DNA of 64,000 nucleotides from Carpediemonas membranifera BICM (lineage: Eukaryota > Protista > Fornicata). Numbering within the stretch: position 1 is the stretch's first letter; each line of letters opens with the position of its first letter. Positions 10,003-21,853 of the stretch are shown here, piece after piece. Made by a program: the position numbers and the translations under genes. A model generated the notes under the pieces. That model was not told where the DNA came from. It saw only the letters and a program-made list of their open reading frames with translations, and did no database searches. The stretch is from contig JAHDYR010000062.1 of the NCBI GenBank assembly GCA_019828565.1, positions 1,436,421-1,500,420 on the forward strand, given 5' to 3'.

Positions 10003-11613
10003 GGCTGGCCCCAGAACAGAGGCTCCAGCCGTCGGCCCAGGCGATGGAATGAACCAAAGATAAAATGTTTAGACGCATGACTTACTCGAAGAAGCCGGTG
10101 AGGTAGATGCGGGCCATGTCCTCGCGCTCGACCTTGACGGGGGAAAGGGCGAGGAGGCCGTCCATGCCGGGGCAGGCGATGGTGGCGTCGACGAGCTTCT
10201 CGATGCCGTCCTTGGTGAAGCCCATGGTGGCCATGGTGTCCTTGATGCCGACGGACTCGTGCCACTTGCGGAGAGCCTTGGCGACGTCCTGGGCCTCCTC
10301 GGGCTTGCCAGCGAACTCGCCGATCATGGGCTTGAGCACGTAGCAGAGGGTCTTGGCGGCGACCTCATCGGCCCAGATGTGGGCGACGACGCCGGGCTGG
10401 AGGAGGGCGAGGCCGAGACCGTGGGTGAGGTTGGCGACGTAGGCGGAGAGGGTGTGCTCCATGGCGTGGGTGATGTGGAGCAGGGACTCGTCGAAGCTCA
10501 TGCCGGCGATGCAGGCGGCGTAGTGCAGCCAGTAGCGGGCGCGGAGGTTGGAGGGCTCCTTGAGGGCGACGGGGAGGTAGTGGGCGACGAGGTTGCAGAC
10601 AGTGCGGCCGAGGTTGGTGGAGAAGGGGTGGCGATGCTGGTGGTGGAGGCCTCGGTGACGTGGTTCATGGCGTCAACGGCGGTGCAGGCGGTCTGGAAGG
10701 GAGAGGTGGAGCAGAGAAGGGCGGGGTCGTTGATGGAGATGTCGGGGTAGATGACGGGGGTGGCGAGTGCGGGCTTGAGGGGGATCTCCTCGTCGAGGAT
10801 CGAGGCAACAGCGAACTTGTTGGCCTCAGTGCCGGTGCCGGCGGTGATGTTGATGGCGATCAGGGGGGCGCGGCGCTCGGGGGCGAACTGGAACTTGTAG
10901 AGCTCGCGGGCGGTCTTGTCCTTGTGCTCGAGGAGGACGGCGACAGACTTGGCCGAGTCGATGGGGGAGCCACCGCCGATGGCGACGACACAGAACTTCT
11001 CGTTGTACTTGGGGAGGAAGAGGTCGCGGCACTCATCGATGGAGGTGCAGGTGGGGTTGGTGACGATCTTGTTGTACATGAGGTGCTCGATCTTCTTCTC
11101 GGCGAGGATCTTCTCGATGTGCTCCCAGGCGCCGCAGCGCTTGTAGGCGGAGTTAGAGCAGATGAAGCCGACGGTCTCGACGCCCATGGTCTCAAGAGCA
11201 TCAGCGAACTTGGCGATGGCGCCAACGCCGAAGTAGGTGCTCTGCTTGCGGGTGCCGTAGGTAAGAACGACAGTCTTGTTGATGTCGACGGATTCACAGT
11301 AGTTGAGCTCAGCAGCGTCCATTTCCTTGTTTGTTTCAAGCGAGTGCTTTCTGCCCCAGTCGATTCGATCCGATGAGTCGTCCGCCCCGAATCGCAATCG
11401 CGACTGATCGCGATGCGTCAGGGGCGCTGGCCGTGGGGGACGTCGGTCAGTTGCCGTTTCAGGCCCACGAACGGCCTCGGGCTCGGGGCGGCACTCAGCC
11501 GAATCCGATTCCAGATTCGACGATTTTTCGAAAATTGAACCGGGGCTGTCCAAGGCGGCCGCATGATGCTGGAGGCGGTGCCGACCGGAGATGCGTGGGG
11601 GCAGTCGCTGGGT
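10003..11613 (-). repeat. About 1.6-kb inverted segmental duplication of 43389-44999
   Basis: Identity covers about 290 nt upstream, the whole CDS and about 80 nt downstream. Differences seen are a synonymous GCC/GCT, the 1-nt indel and a few 3' substitutions. Confidence 0.95.
10082..11322 (-). pseudogene. Iron-containing alcohol dehydrogenase, copy 1, frameshifted at about 10625-10628
   Basis: Near-identical to 43680-44921, but has GGGG where the intact copy has 5 (ACCCCCTTC), splitting it into ORFs 10498-11634 and 10082-10501. Could be a homopolymer sequencing error. Confidence 0.8.
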
Positions 11614-11757
11614 CAGGCTGACGGCCGACCTCAATCTCTAGGACATAAGTGGGTTCTAGCCAGCCTTTATCGTTGTAATACCGATGAACCCAATGATTTC
11701 ATGCCATACAGCTTGCTATCCACCCGCACCAAACACACGGACCCCTACGACTGGGAC

Positions 11758-12298
11758 CTAGTCGCCCCGGTCGGGGTCCCGCACGATAATACACGGACGT
11801 CTCACACTAAGCAGCATGGGGTGAACGCTAGTGGCATGTGGCTGGGTATTCTGCCGCGGTGCAGGGTCGGGTTGGTCCTTCTCGACCTTGATCACGACAG
11901 CATGCGGTGGTCGGTGTTTTGAGCCTACCTTCGGCCGCCCTGGGTGGACGTGTTCTATCATACCACGGATCTTGTCGCCATCCTGTGTGATGAAGGGGGG
12001 AGCCACTCACCTCATCTCGCAGGTCGGCGGGCTCGCTGACATTGAGAAGCCTGCACGCCTTGGTGCGGAATTTCTGCAAATGAGAGGCAATATGGTGTCT
12101 CTGGATAACAGGATCATTAAGCTCACTCAGTATGGCCTTTGGCGTCGCTGAACGGAGGCCTATGGTCAAAACTGCCTGTTCGAAGCGCTGATGCTGCTCT
12201 TTGGACCATAGCATTCGAGCAGCTGTCTCTTTGGCGCGCTTCTTTCGCTTTTGCGTTGGATATACGTCACTTGTGCTTGTGTGGCTGTTATCCGCCAT
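11758..12298 (-). CDS. GARP/G2-like (SHAQKYF-class MYB-related) transcription factor, one intron, no receiver domain
   Basis: RMLWSKEQHQRFEQAVLTIGLRSATPKAIL...HIASHLQKFR with an upstream basic KRKKRAK. Intron 11983-12010 joins it to ORF 11758-12006. Confidence 0.88.
11983..12010 (-). other. 28-nt GT-AG intron
   Basis: GTGAGTGGCTCCCCCCTTCATCACACAG; removal gives LRDE|DGDK in frame. Confidence 0.75.
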
Positions 12299-12533
12299 CG
12301 TATTTGTTTGTGGAAAATATCAAATTCGCACTTTTGACAGGCGACCACAAGCCTCAGCAGGCTAATAACAGTCTCATCCGACCCTGTACATGTGCACAAG
12401 GAGCCAGCGATCAGGCCAGGTCTGTGAATGACACCCGCCACTGATCTTGAAGCAGTGACTGCGAGGCAGGGCATGACGACAATCGGAAGAAAGCAGCAGT
12501 TTATGCTAAATATCCGAAACCCCAGCTCCTAGG

Positions 12534-13226
12534 TCATCCATGTGTCCCTGCACCACCAGCCATGTCCTCGTCGTACTGCTTCTGCTGGGCACTCACCATG
12601 TTGAAAAGCCCACTAGTCGCCACCTGCCCTATAGCAGCCTCGGTCTCGGCCGATATTTCCCCGATGAGCTGCGGCGTCCGATGTACCTGCGGACCCCTGG
12701 GGATCCGGGTGCTGTTAAGTCGGCCCCGGGAGCCCTCGCTGTGCTTCAAGGTCGCGCGCTTCTCCTGGGTCAGTTCCTTCCCGAACGAGACGACGGCCAG
12801 CTCGCCCCCGATCTTGGTCGTGTGGCGGATGATCCGGGCCCTGGCGATCGCCTGCAGGGGAATGGCGGCCTTCATGTCCTCCTGCGCCTCGTCGTCTTGC
12901 ACCATGAACATGCGGTCGTCCATGTCGTCGTCGAGGATGCCCACAGAGGCAGAGTCGGAGTGCGTGATGTCTTCTTCATCATCGGAATCTCGAAGCTGGC
13001 GGCCTGTTTCCATCAGAAAAGAGTGTTCAAATGTGTCCGTACCATCTTCATCGTCTGTACGATTTCTTTCCGGGCTCAACACCGGACTGAGGATCGAAGG
13101 GACGTATCGCTCAGGAATACGCGAAGTTACCATGCGCATACTCCCTGGAAGTTCCGGAAGTCTTACTTGCCCGCTTTGTAAACCGTCCCAGGTGTCTCTC
13201 ACGGCAGCCGGCGCACCAGCTCCCAT
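12534..13226 (-). CDS. Hypothetical protein, acidic central region
   Basis: 230-aa ORF with ATG start and coding-like codon bias. Confidence 0.6.
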   Translation of the reverse strand: MGAGAPAAVRDTWDGLQSGQVRLPELPGSMRMVTSRIPERYVPSILSPVLSPERNRTDDEDGTDTFEHSFLMETGRQLRDSDDEEDITHSDSASVGILDDDMDDRMFMVQDDEAQEDMKAAIPLQAIARARIIRHTTKIGGELAVVSFGKELTQEKRATLKHSEGSRGRLNSTRIPRGPQVHRTPQLIGEISAETEAAIGQVATSGLFNMVSAQQKQYDEDMAGGAGTHG

Positions 13227-13538
13227 TCTGTGCAGTTTAGCACCAAATCGGGTCGATGAGACAGTGTGCGTGTTCAGGTGGCGGAGGCGATGCTCCTTGT
13301 GTAACGACGGTATACAGCGGACTTTGCTTCAAATCGTTCGATCAGGCGATCGCTGGGGGATGTGCGGGGAGAGCACCTCGCCCTCCATGGTCTGGTGGGA
13401 GGAGCACCAAGCGGCAGTAGGCCGTGGCAGTGGTGGAATGGGGCACGGACGTTGGCTATTGGGCGCACTTGTCTGGCGGTCCTTACATTTCTTTCAGATG
13501 TCGTCGCGGCACTTGCATGCATCAACATTCAAACAATC

Positions 13539-14102
13539 ATGGAAAAACAGCACCAGGATCAACTGCAAGCGAGGCAGAAGGGGGAATCGATGGCTACAAG
13601 ACAAAGGCGCTCACATAGGCATTCGAGTCCGCCAGCACATCAGGCATCACCGAGCATTTCCGATCGTGATCAGCCGGATGAAGCTGACGACAAAATACCC
13701 CATCTCATCGTCCACTTCAAACCTGAAAACACGGCCGCCGCCGGCGAAGCGAGCCCAACGCACTGTCGTCGTCGTCGTCGGCGTCGTGTGGACGATGACG
13801 ACCACCAACGCAAGCACTCCCACCGGGGACACAAGACGGACCCACCGGCCTGTACCGAGACCGAGAACCATCCCGCGCCGTTCTCGGCCCAGATCTTCGT
13901 CTACTCGACGTCGTACCGCATGAAGTTCCCCAGCCCGAGCAACCGCATCCTGCTGGGCGACCCGTCCGGCATGGTGATCCACAGGCGGTGCTACACTCCC
14001 CAGGGCGAGCTGTGCCGGCCCCGCGGGACGGTCCGCACGCCCTCCCGCCTTCAGCAGCGGCACTCGGTCAGCACCCTCCCAGCCACCAACACGCAGCTGT
14101 AG
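13539..14102 (+). CDS. Hypothetical basic, low-complexity protein
   Basis: ORF from MEKQHQDQ with Arg/His runs; no family recognised. Confidence 0.5.
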   Translation: MEKQHQDQLQARQKGESMATRQRRSHRHSSPPAHQASPSISDRDQPDEADDKIPHLIVHFKPENTAAAGEASPTHCRRRRRRRVDDDDHQRKHSHRGHKTDPPACTETENHPAPFSAQIFVYSTSYRMKFPSPSNRILLGDPSGMVIHRRCYTPQGELCRPRGTVRTPSRLQQRHSVSTLPATNTQL

Positions 14103-14166
14103 CAGCCAGCCATCCTAAACTTACTAAACTTACCAGCTTCCCTTCTATCGCCCACACACCGCTCCT

Positions 14167-15790
14167 TTACTCCCAGTCGGCCCAGTGGATGCCCTGGTAC
14201 TCCGCGGGCAGGGGCATCGGGTGCCCGCCGTCGTCTGACTCGTCGCCGTCGTGGGCATCGGGGTCGACCTCGTTCTCCCAGTTGTTCTTGAGGGCAGCCT
14301 CCAGCAGCCGTCTCTTCTGTTCCCGCTCGTGCTTCATCGTCTGCTCCTGGTTCTTGGTCGTCTTGTCGAGCCCGAACACAGCCGCCAGCCCGCCCTCGGC
14401 CGTCTCCCGGAACTTGGAGTCCATGGCGAGGCCGGTCAGCTTCATCACGAGGATGGCCTCATCAAATGATACGAGGTGCCGCCCGTCACTCGCCAGGGCG
14501 TATTCCGCACAGTCGACAGCCCTGGTCGCGCTAAGTGCATTGCGTTCTATGCATGGTATCTGAACGTACCCCTGGACGGGGTCGCATGTCAGGCCGAGGT
14601 GTTGTTCGATGGCGATCTCCGCGGCATACTCGATCTGCTGTATTGTGCCACCCATCAGGTCGGCTGCGGCTGCGGCGGCCATGGCGGCGGCCACCCCGAC
14701 CTCACCCTGGCAACCGACCTCGGCACCGCTGATGGACGCGTTGGCCTTCACGATGTTGCCGACAAGCCCAGCCACAGCGAGGGCCTTGACGATCTCGTCG
14801 TCCTTCGCGTCGAGGACCTCCTTGAGGTACCTAAGGACCGCGGGCACGAGGCCGCAGGACCCGCACGTGGGGGCAGTGACGATGGGGCAGGACATGCCTG
14901 CGTTCTCCTCGGAGACGGCGAGGGCGTAGGCTGCGAGCAGGGGCGTTCTTTGGAAGGCAGGGTGAGTACGACGGGCCTTGCGGAACGTGGCGTTGGCCTT
15001 TCGCGCGAGTCGGAGGGGTCCGGGCAGCACGCCCGTGGACTTAAATCCGGACTCGATGGACTTGGACATGGCGGTCCAGATGTCCTGCAGGAAGGACAGC
15101 TCGGGGTCGTGTTCGGCTCTGGCGACAATCTGCCACGGTTCGAGGCCTTCGTCTTCGCACATCTCGATGAGCTCCTTCATGTTCTTGCACTCGTACACGC
15201 CCTTCTCGCTGCTCCTCGGCTTGTTCATATCCTTTGCCCACACGATGGAGCCGCCCCCCACAGAGTAGACGACGTCCTCGCCCACATCCATCAGGATGCC
15301 CGTCAGTGTCCGCTTCTGGACCTGGAACTTGACTGTGTTAGCTGTGTATGGCGGGGGTATCCGTACCGGCGTTGGGGTGGGGCTTGGTGATCTCCTTGTC
15401 GGTTGTGTTCCAGCAGATCTTCACGGGGCAGGGGGCAAACACCTCGATGATCGCCTGGTCCGTGAAATGACCCTTGCCTGTGGCGGCCAGGGAGCCGTAT
15501 AGCGTGGCCGTGACCGAGTAATCCTGCCCCGCTTGCGTCATGAAGCGGCGTTTGATGTCCTCGGCGGCGGCGCGAGGGCCCAGCGTGTGGCTAGACGATG
15601 GGCCGTAGCCCACCTTGTACAGCTCCTTCAGAGACTGAAGCGCCTTGGGCGGCGGGTAACGAATTTCGAGGGCTTCTTCGACGCTGGGCTTGATTTCGGC
15701 CAGGTTCGGCGCGTGCATCATCGAGCGAGGAATTGGAGCTCTAAATGTCGTTACGCGGGAGCCAATGTCCTCAATATCCTTGTTTTGCAT
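14167..15790 (-). CDS. sdaA: Iron-sulfur-dependent L-serine dehydratase, single-chain bacterial type, one intron
   Basis: LKELYKVGYGPSSSHTLGP, LYGSLAATGKGH, TAPTCGSCG, GAEVGCQGEVG, LGLTCDPVQGYVQIPCIERN, KFRETAEGGLA. Intron 15333-15366 fuses the two ORFs. Confidence 0.93.
15333..15366 (-). other. 34-nt GT-AG intron with branch point abutting the 3' splice site
   Basis: GTACGGATACCCCCGCCATACACAGCTAACACAG; removal gives HPNAVKFQV. Confidence 0.85.
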
Positions 15791-16007
15791 TCGTTAAGTT
15801 CTCGATGCACCTGACTCGTTCAGGTTCTCGCCTGGTCAACGCCGGCAGTCGCCAGGCGGTCACAATCTCACAGATCATGTAAGCATCGTGTATGCCGCGG
15901 GATAGCCGGGTATCAGCCGCGCCGGGCTTGATCTCGCCTAGTCTGGGCCGACGACGAAAGACAGCAGACCAGCGTTTACGGTTCGACACTATTACTACAT
16001 CTACAAC

Positions 16008-18640
16008 TCATATCGACTCAAAGGATGACTCGCTCATCACGAGCTCGTCGTCAGTCAGCAGCTCGCTCTCGTCCTCGCTACCTTCGAGCACGGGTGACAT
16101 GTTCGACACCCCCGTCGCCTGCCGCAGCAGTTTCGGGACATCTACCGCGCCCTCCGCCTCCGCCTCGTGTCCGACCTCCCTGCCGCACAGCTGGACCAGC
16201 CTTTCCCTCGGGGGCAGCTTGCCGTGGGGGTATATCGTCATCCGCGGCTCCCGGGCCCTGTCGATGGCGCTGTGGAGGAACTCAGGGGACTTGAACGCTG
16301 ACCGGTTCGTATGGAAGAAGCTCATGGGCTGGGCGAGCTCGGGAATGATCTGGAGAGCGGCGTTGAAGAGGGGCTCGGCGAGGTAGCAGAAGAACGTCTC
16401 CTGGCACCCTTCAGGGTCAGGCGCGTTCCTGTCGCTGAAAGCTGACCGCTCGAAGCCCATGTGCGCCTGTAGGTCGCCCATGGCGAGCCGCTCCTCGTAT
16501 GCACGCTCAGTCCACATCCGGTAGAGGGAGACAGGCATGAGGTTCGTGCTCAGCTGTGCGACCCGCAGCATCGTTCTCAGCACGATCATGCGGTCAGACT
16601 TCGTCAGGGGGTCGACCAGACCGCCCTCGTCGAGCCTGCTGGTGAGTGCGGAGACGATGGCCATGTGGTGCATAGAGGATGTGTCGAGCACCAAGGCAAC
16701 GATTGTCTCCCGCAGCTCCTTCCGTTGAGCGGCCGGAATGTTGCAGAAGGCGTCGAATTCCGGTCTCGTCAGCAGGTCGAAGAAGCGAGCGAGGGCGTGG
16801 GCCTCGTTCGGGGTCTGGTTGTTGTACCTGACCGCCAGGAACGCCTCGCACTCGGTGAGGAAACTGTTGTTGACGCCCGTATGTGCCATGTCACCGATAG
16901 CAGCGGCGAACAGCACGGCGATGATGTCGAGATCAGAGAGACCTGAAGAGATCTGGGCATTCGCTGCCAGCCAGAAGACCGAATGGACTGTGAGGGCGGC
17001 GTGAGCGGCGTTGTGGAAGGGGTTGCGGTTGTACGATCCTAGCATGGCCGTGAGCAGGTTCTGGAGAGTCGCCATGGGCAGGTTGAACGTCTCGGTCAGG
17101 TTGAAGTAATCAACTGATGCACACAGGATGACCTGCAGAACGCGGCCGTTGAGTGACTCCTCGAACTGAAGGGCGTCCACCGGCCACTTTAGGATCCCTG
17201 CGAGCAGCTCGTTGACGGCAGTCTCGAAGTCGTCAGGCGACTCTACATCCGCATGGGCTCTGTCGCCGTCCCCAGCCTCAGAGTGGTAGGCCGATGAGCC
17301 CGGCGACACCCCGTCACTCGCCATAGACACTGAGATGCTCTGGGCCATCAGGGCTGTAAGCTGCGACAAATCTCTGTCGACCGTGCCCGAGTTGATCCGG
17401 TGTGTGTGGGTCGACTGGTCAACCGACGAGGACGACGTTGTGCGGCCCGACTCGTGGCCGGTCCACTGGTTGATGAAGAGCACAGCCTCCTCGTCCTTCT
17501 CGGTCGCCTTCTGCTGGTCCTTCGCAATCCTCGTCTGACAGAGCCTCAGTATCTTCAAGTGATGCTTGTCGCTGGTGTTCGCGATCAGCTCATCCAGCAG
17601 CTGGAGTACGATGTTGGCCTGCATCGCGTGTGACATGCTGGGCCGGGGCAGGTCGGGCAGGGGGTCGAGTCGGTGGAAGAGCTCGTCCTTGAACTCGTCA
17701 AGCCAGATGGCGTGGGCGTCATCGAGGACGTCAATAGAAGTACCGATACGGGATCTGATCTCGAAGATCCTGTACTGGAAGTAGACCAGAGCTGCTGCTG
17801 TGGTTGACGTGACGATGCCGTAGACAAGGTCCGCTGGGACGTCTGTGCTGCACGGCAGACGAAGGAGGAAGCCCAAGACCTGGCCGGCGATGACTGTGCA
17901 GGCTAGGACTACCGAGCCTCTGAAGAAGACGAGGCAGACGATGGTGAGGGCGACCGTCGGGAACGGGGCGACCTCCGGGTCCAGGACGGCCGCCGCGAGA
18001 AGGCCGTTGGCTCCTACAACGAGTGAGTGGAACATGGCGACGGCCACAGGCCTGAATGAGGGCAGCACTGCGATGGAGGAGAGCACTGTAGTGCTGGTTA
18101 GAGAGAAGAGCGAGACAATGGTGGCGTTCAGCCGGGACTCGTTGCACGAGACGACCACCACCATGGTAACGAACACGATGGCCAGGGACAGCGCCGTCTT
18201 GATGCACAGCAGGGGCTCTGGCGGGATCAGCAGTGGCCGTATGGCGCGGGGCTTGAGCGAGTCGATCCTGGCAGTCAAATCGTCCTCATCACTGTCCATG
18301 CGTGTGCTCAGCATGTCGGAGACGGACTTCCGAAGCCGTTGCATGCTTGCCTGCACCGGGGATTCGTTCCAGGGTGCTCCGCCTTTCGGAGATTTGAGTA
18401 TGAAATTCAACGGCGGAACCGTGCCCGATTGGGGCGGTATTCTCACACTGTCAATCTCATGAACCTCATCTTCAACTTCATAGGCGCTAGCGGCACCTAC
18501 GGTATTCCCATCGGTCGCAATTGTGTCGGATTCGGAGTAGACGTCATCTGTGTCAAAAGAAAAGGGTGCAGCGATGCACAATAGAACATACCACTAGTTT
18601 GGAGGTACGTATTGTCGTCCTCGCTGTGCCTGGAGTCCAT
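16008..18640 (-). CDS. Multi-pass membrane protein with a class I cyclic-nucleotide phosphodiesterase-like domain (degenerate); intron 18548-18591
   Basis: About 5-6 hydrophobic segments, then YNRNPFHNAAHA, AAIGDMAHTGVNNSFL, LAVRYNNQ, QETF, LAEPLF. The 44-nt intron GTATGT...GACACAG joins MDSRHSEDD in frame. Confidence 0.85.
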
Positions 18641-18988
18641 CTCCGCCCCAAGTGCTCGACTTCCCTTTGACTGCGGGCTTCGGCACCCGACCTCCAATGG
18701 CGTAGAGCGCAGGAAAACTGTGGAAGATGGTTAAGCGTGCATACCCCAGGCTGGGTCTTGGCGCCATGAACCCTGCTCCAGTGCCCGGCTGGACGTCACG
18801 ATGGACTGAGAGGAAAGGAGTGACACAACCACATGCAGACGACTACATCATTTTAATACTGCGTCTGTCTTCGATGGCTGGGTTCGGAAGCTGCACATCG
18901 CATGCCATCAGCTGTTACATGAGCGATAAATGGCCTGGCATGTCATGATGCCTTATACCATGACCGGAATTCTGTCCAACAGAAGGGA

Positions 18989-21817
18989 ATGCCACCGTCG
19001 AGAAGCGATATTATCGCTGAATTAGAGGATACTGAGCGTGAAATACGAAAACTCGAGGGCCAGCTCCGACACACGACAAAAGACCTTGATCTGCTCCACA
19101 GCACATTGCATCAAACCCCACAACTAGTTTATTGTGAGCTCACACCGTCATTGGCCATTCTTGATTCCAACGAGGCGTTTGATCACGACTATTCTTCGCC
19201 CCGCCACCTGACGTCCCTATTGGACAATGCTTGGACCTCGCTGGACTCAGAGGGCGAGACTGGGACGCTGGAGGATGAATTAGACGTGGACGGGGAGCCA
19301 CACTCTATTGAATGGACCATCACTCGGGTCCTGGAGTCGGGCAGGCTCTCGCGGGCCATTCTGACTGGGGTGGACGCAATGAGGACCACGACGATGGCGG
19401 CCGCCGACTGTCTGAACGACATCCAGCTGTTTAAGATGCTGGACACGTTCTCTGCCGGCGCCTTCTGGTGTGCCGAGATCGATGGCAGGTTCCCCAATGG
19501 CGCTCGAGTGGTCTATTGCAGCAAGAGGATCGAAGACTTTTATGAGATTCCAGCAGAGCGGATATGCGATGACACCGCAGCTACCTGGCTGGAACCTGTG
19601 GTGCCCGAACACAAGGAGCCCACCAGACGGGCGTTCTTTGACTTCATATCGGGCCATGGGGAGTATGACGTCACTTATCGGATGAAAGGACCAAGGAGTG
19701 GCACAGTGCGATGGGTGCATGCAGTTGGTGTGCGGTTGGATGCCGATGGGCACCGGGCTGCCTTTGGCACTGTGGAAGATGTCACAGCTCGAGTCAAGGC
19801 CAGTCAACTCAACGCGCATCTTCAATTTATATTGGATACTATACGGGACAGCTTACCTGACATCATCATTATGTCAGATGTACGAGGATTTGACTCGACC
19901 GGCCTGACTCGACCGATCTTTGTGACAAAGTCGTTTGAAACGATCACTGGCGTTCCGATGAACAGGGTTGAGCTCAACAAAGACGATGACTTGAATCACG
20001 TCGTCGACTGCTTCCACCCAGATGAAGCGGCCTGGGCGTTGAGGCGGCTGAAGGCCTTCCTGGCTGGGAAAGGCCCCTTTTGTCTGCAGCATCGCTTTGT
20101 GAACATCCGAACGGGTGAAGTGTCACATATGCTCACGAGAGCGTCTGTTGTGCGTGACGATGCAGGTCGACCCGTCTCGACAGTCATCGTCAGTTTCAAC
20201 CGGACGACGGAAGTCCAGGTCCAGGAGGTGATGCGGCGGACGAAGTTCCTGTTTGAGCGCATGTCTGACACGATCGACGACGTCTTCTTCATCGCTGACC
20301 CCCCAAATCGGGTCATTCAGAGCCATGAGTGTGCTGCGGAGACGCCGTCCTTCGAATTCGTATCCACCGCTGCGCTCACGTTATTCGGCATAGCTGCGGA
20401 AGAGCTATGCTATGATCCTAGACTCTGGCTGGCCGCAGTCGTCCGAGAGGACAGGGCCAGGGTCATTGAGGCCATCACTTCTTTCTGTAATGATGCTTTA
20501 CTGGACCCCACGAGAGCAAAGGCCGAGCTGACATGTTTCATAGAGGTCGATGGCGTGGAAAAGTGCATCCTCCATAAGGTACGGGCAACCGTGAACAGGC
20601 GGGGCCAGCCTCTGAAGTTTATTGGAAGCTGGACCGATATCTCACAGCTAACACGGAACGAGGCGACGCTTTCTTTAATGAAGCGTCAGTTTGACATGAT
20701 TAGCGACAACATAGAGACCGTGTACTACATGATCTCCACCCAGGTCGGCTGCACGACATTCAAGGTCCTTTATGCCAACAAGTTTTACGAGACGTTGACT
20801 GGCAGGTCACGCGAGGCGCTGTACCAGCGAGGGTCGGAGGAGTGGGACGAGTTGGTCCACCCCGACGACCTTGTTGGCGTCCAGGAGTCGTTCTATCGGG
20901 CCATGCAGAGCGCACCCTGGTCATTTACGTACAGAATCGTTGCTTACGGAAAGGTGCGACATATCATCAACCGGAGAATGTCCCTCACAAGAAGTGGGAA
21001 CGAGGTCAAGGCTGTCGGCTTCATCGTCGATATCACTGACCTCGTCGAGTCCCAGCAGCGCAAGAACGAGGCCCAAGCCCAGATGAACCGCGCCCAGCGG
21101 CTCGAGAGCCTTGGTGTCCTTGCGGGCGGTGTGGCCCACGAGTTCGGGAACATGACCGCCGTTGTAATGGGTAACGCCGACATGGCGCTCGACCTGATCG
21201 GGCCCGATGATGTTACGGCGCCGCTGTTTCAGTCGATAATCGACACGTGTCTCAAGTCAAGCGCGTTCACCAGCAAGCTGCTGGCGTACTCCGGAAAGGG
21301 GCTGCTGCAGGTTGTTGACATCAACCTGACGACGCTCGTGCTTGGAATGATGGACTTCATCCAGGCCAGCCTCCCGGCCGGAGTCAAGGTCAACTGGAAG
21401 CTGTCGCGGGAAAGAACGCTCCCCTGTGTAAAGGGTGACCCGTCTCAGCTCCGGCAGGTTGTTTCGATCATCGTGGCCAACGGGGTCGAGGCCATTGGAA
21501 CCAAGCCGGGTCACCTCACCATATCCACGGGCCACTGCCAGTGCAAGGGGCGCCCTTGTGTCTACCTTTCAGTGGCAGACACGGGCGTGGGCATGGACGA
21601 GGGTGTCCGCAGCCATCTCTTCGACCCGTTCGTCCGGAAGGAGGGCGGCAAGGGGCTGAGTTTGGCCGCAGCCCACGGCATCGTCTCCAGCCACGGCGGG
21701 ACGGTCAGCGTGCGGTCATCCCTTGGCGAGGGTGCCGTATTTACCGTGAGACTTCCCTGCACGTCCGAGACCCACACCACCGACCTTGAAAACGGGGCGG
21801 GCATGATGGTTGCATGA
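18989..21817 (+). CDS. Multi-PAS histidine kinase (HisKA + HATPase_c), no receiver domain
   Basis: N-terminal coiled coil, several PAS/PAC repeats (WDELVHPDD, VRWVH...GTVEDVT), H-box LESLGVLAGGVAHEFGN, DTGVGMD, LFDPF, HGGTV. Confidence 0.92.
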   Translation: MPPSRSDIIAELEDTEREIRKLEGQLRHTTKDLDLLHSTLHQTPQLVYCELTPSLAILDSNEAFDHDYSSPRHLTSLLDNAWTSLDSEGETGTLEDELDVDGEPHSIEWTITRVLESGRLSRAILTGVDAMRTTTMAAADCLNDIQLFKMLDTFSAGAFWCAEIDGRFPNGARVVYCSKRIEDFYEIPAERICDDTAATWLEPVVPEHKEPTRRAFFDFISGHGEYDVTYRMKGPRSGTVRWVHAVGVRLDADGHRAAFGTVEDVTARVKASQLNAHLQFILDTIRDSLPDIIIMSDVRGFDSTGLTRPIFVTKSFETITGVPMNRVELNKDDDLNHVVDCFHPDEAAWALRRLKAFLAGKGPFCLQHRFVNIRTGEVSHMLTRASVVRDDAGRPVSTVIVSFNRTTEVQVQEVMRRTKFLFERMSDTIDDVFFIADPPNRVIQSHECAAETPSFEFVSTAALTLFGIAAEELCYDPRLWLAAVVREDRARVIEAITSFCNDALLDPTRAKAELTCFIEVDGVEKCILHKVRATVNRRGQPLKFIGSWTDISQLTRNEATLSLMKRQFDMISDNIETVYYMISTQVGCTTFKVLYANKFYETLTGRSREALYQRGSEEWDELVHPDDLVGVQESFYRAMQSAPWSFTYRIVAYGKVRHIINRRMSLTRSGNEVKAVGFIVDITDLVESQQRKNEAQAQMNRAQRLESLGVLAGGVAHEFGNMTAVVMGNADMALDLIGPDDVTAPLFQSIIDTCLKSSAFTSKLLAYSGKGLLQVVDINLTTLVLGMMDFIQASLPAGVKVNWKLSRERTLPCVKGDPSQLRQVVSIIVANGVEAIGTKPGHLTISTGHCQCKGRPCVYLSVADTGVGMDEGVRSHLFDPFVRKEGGKGLSLAAAHGIVSSHGGTVSVRSSLGEGAVFTVRLPCTSETHTTDLENGAGMMVA

Positions 21818-21853
21818 CGCTGATTTATAAATGAAGTCGTCATCCGGGGCGAG

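Noticed and set aside
12562-13923. 453-aa plus-strand ORF and many similar long antisense ORFs (e.g. 43626-44744, 26405-27454)
   Set aside because: These are shadow ORFs caused by high GC3 on the opposite strand and show no domain motifs.
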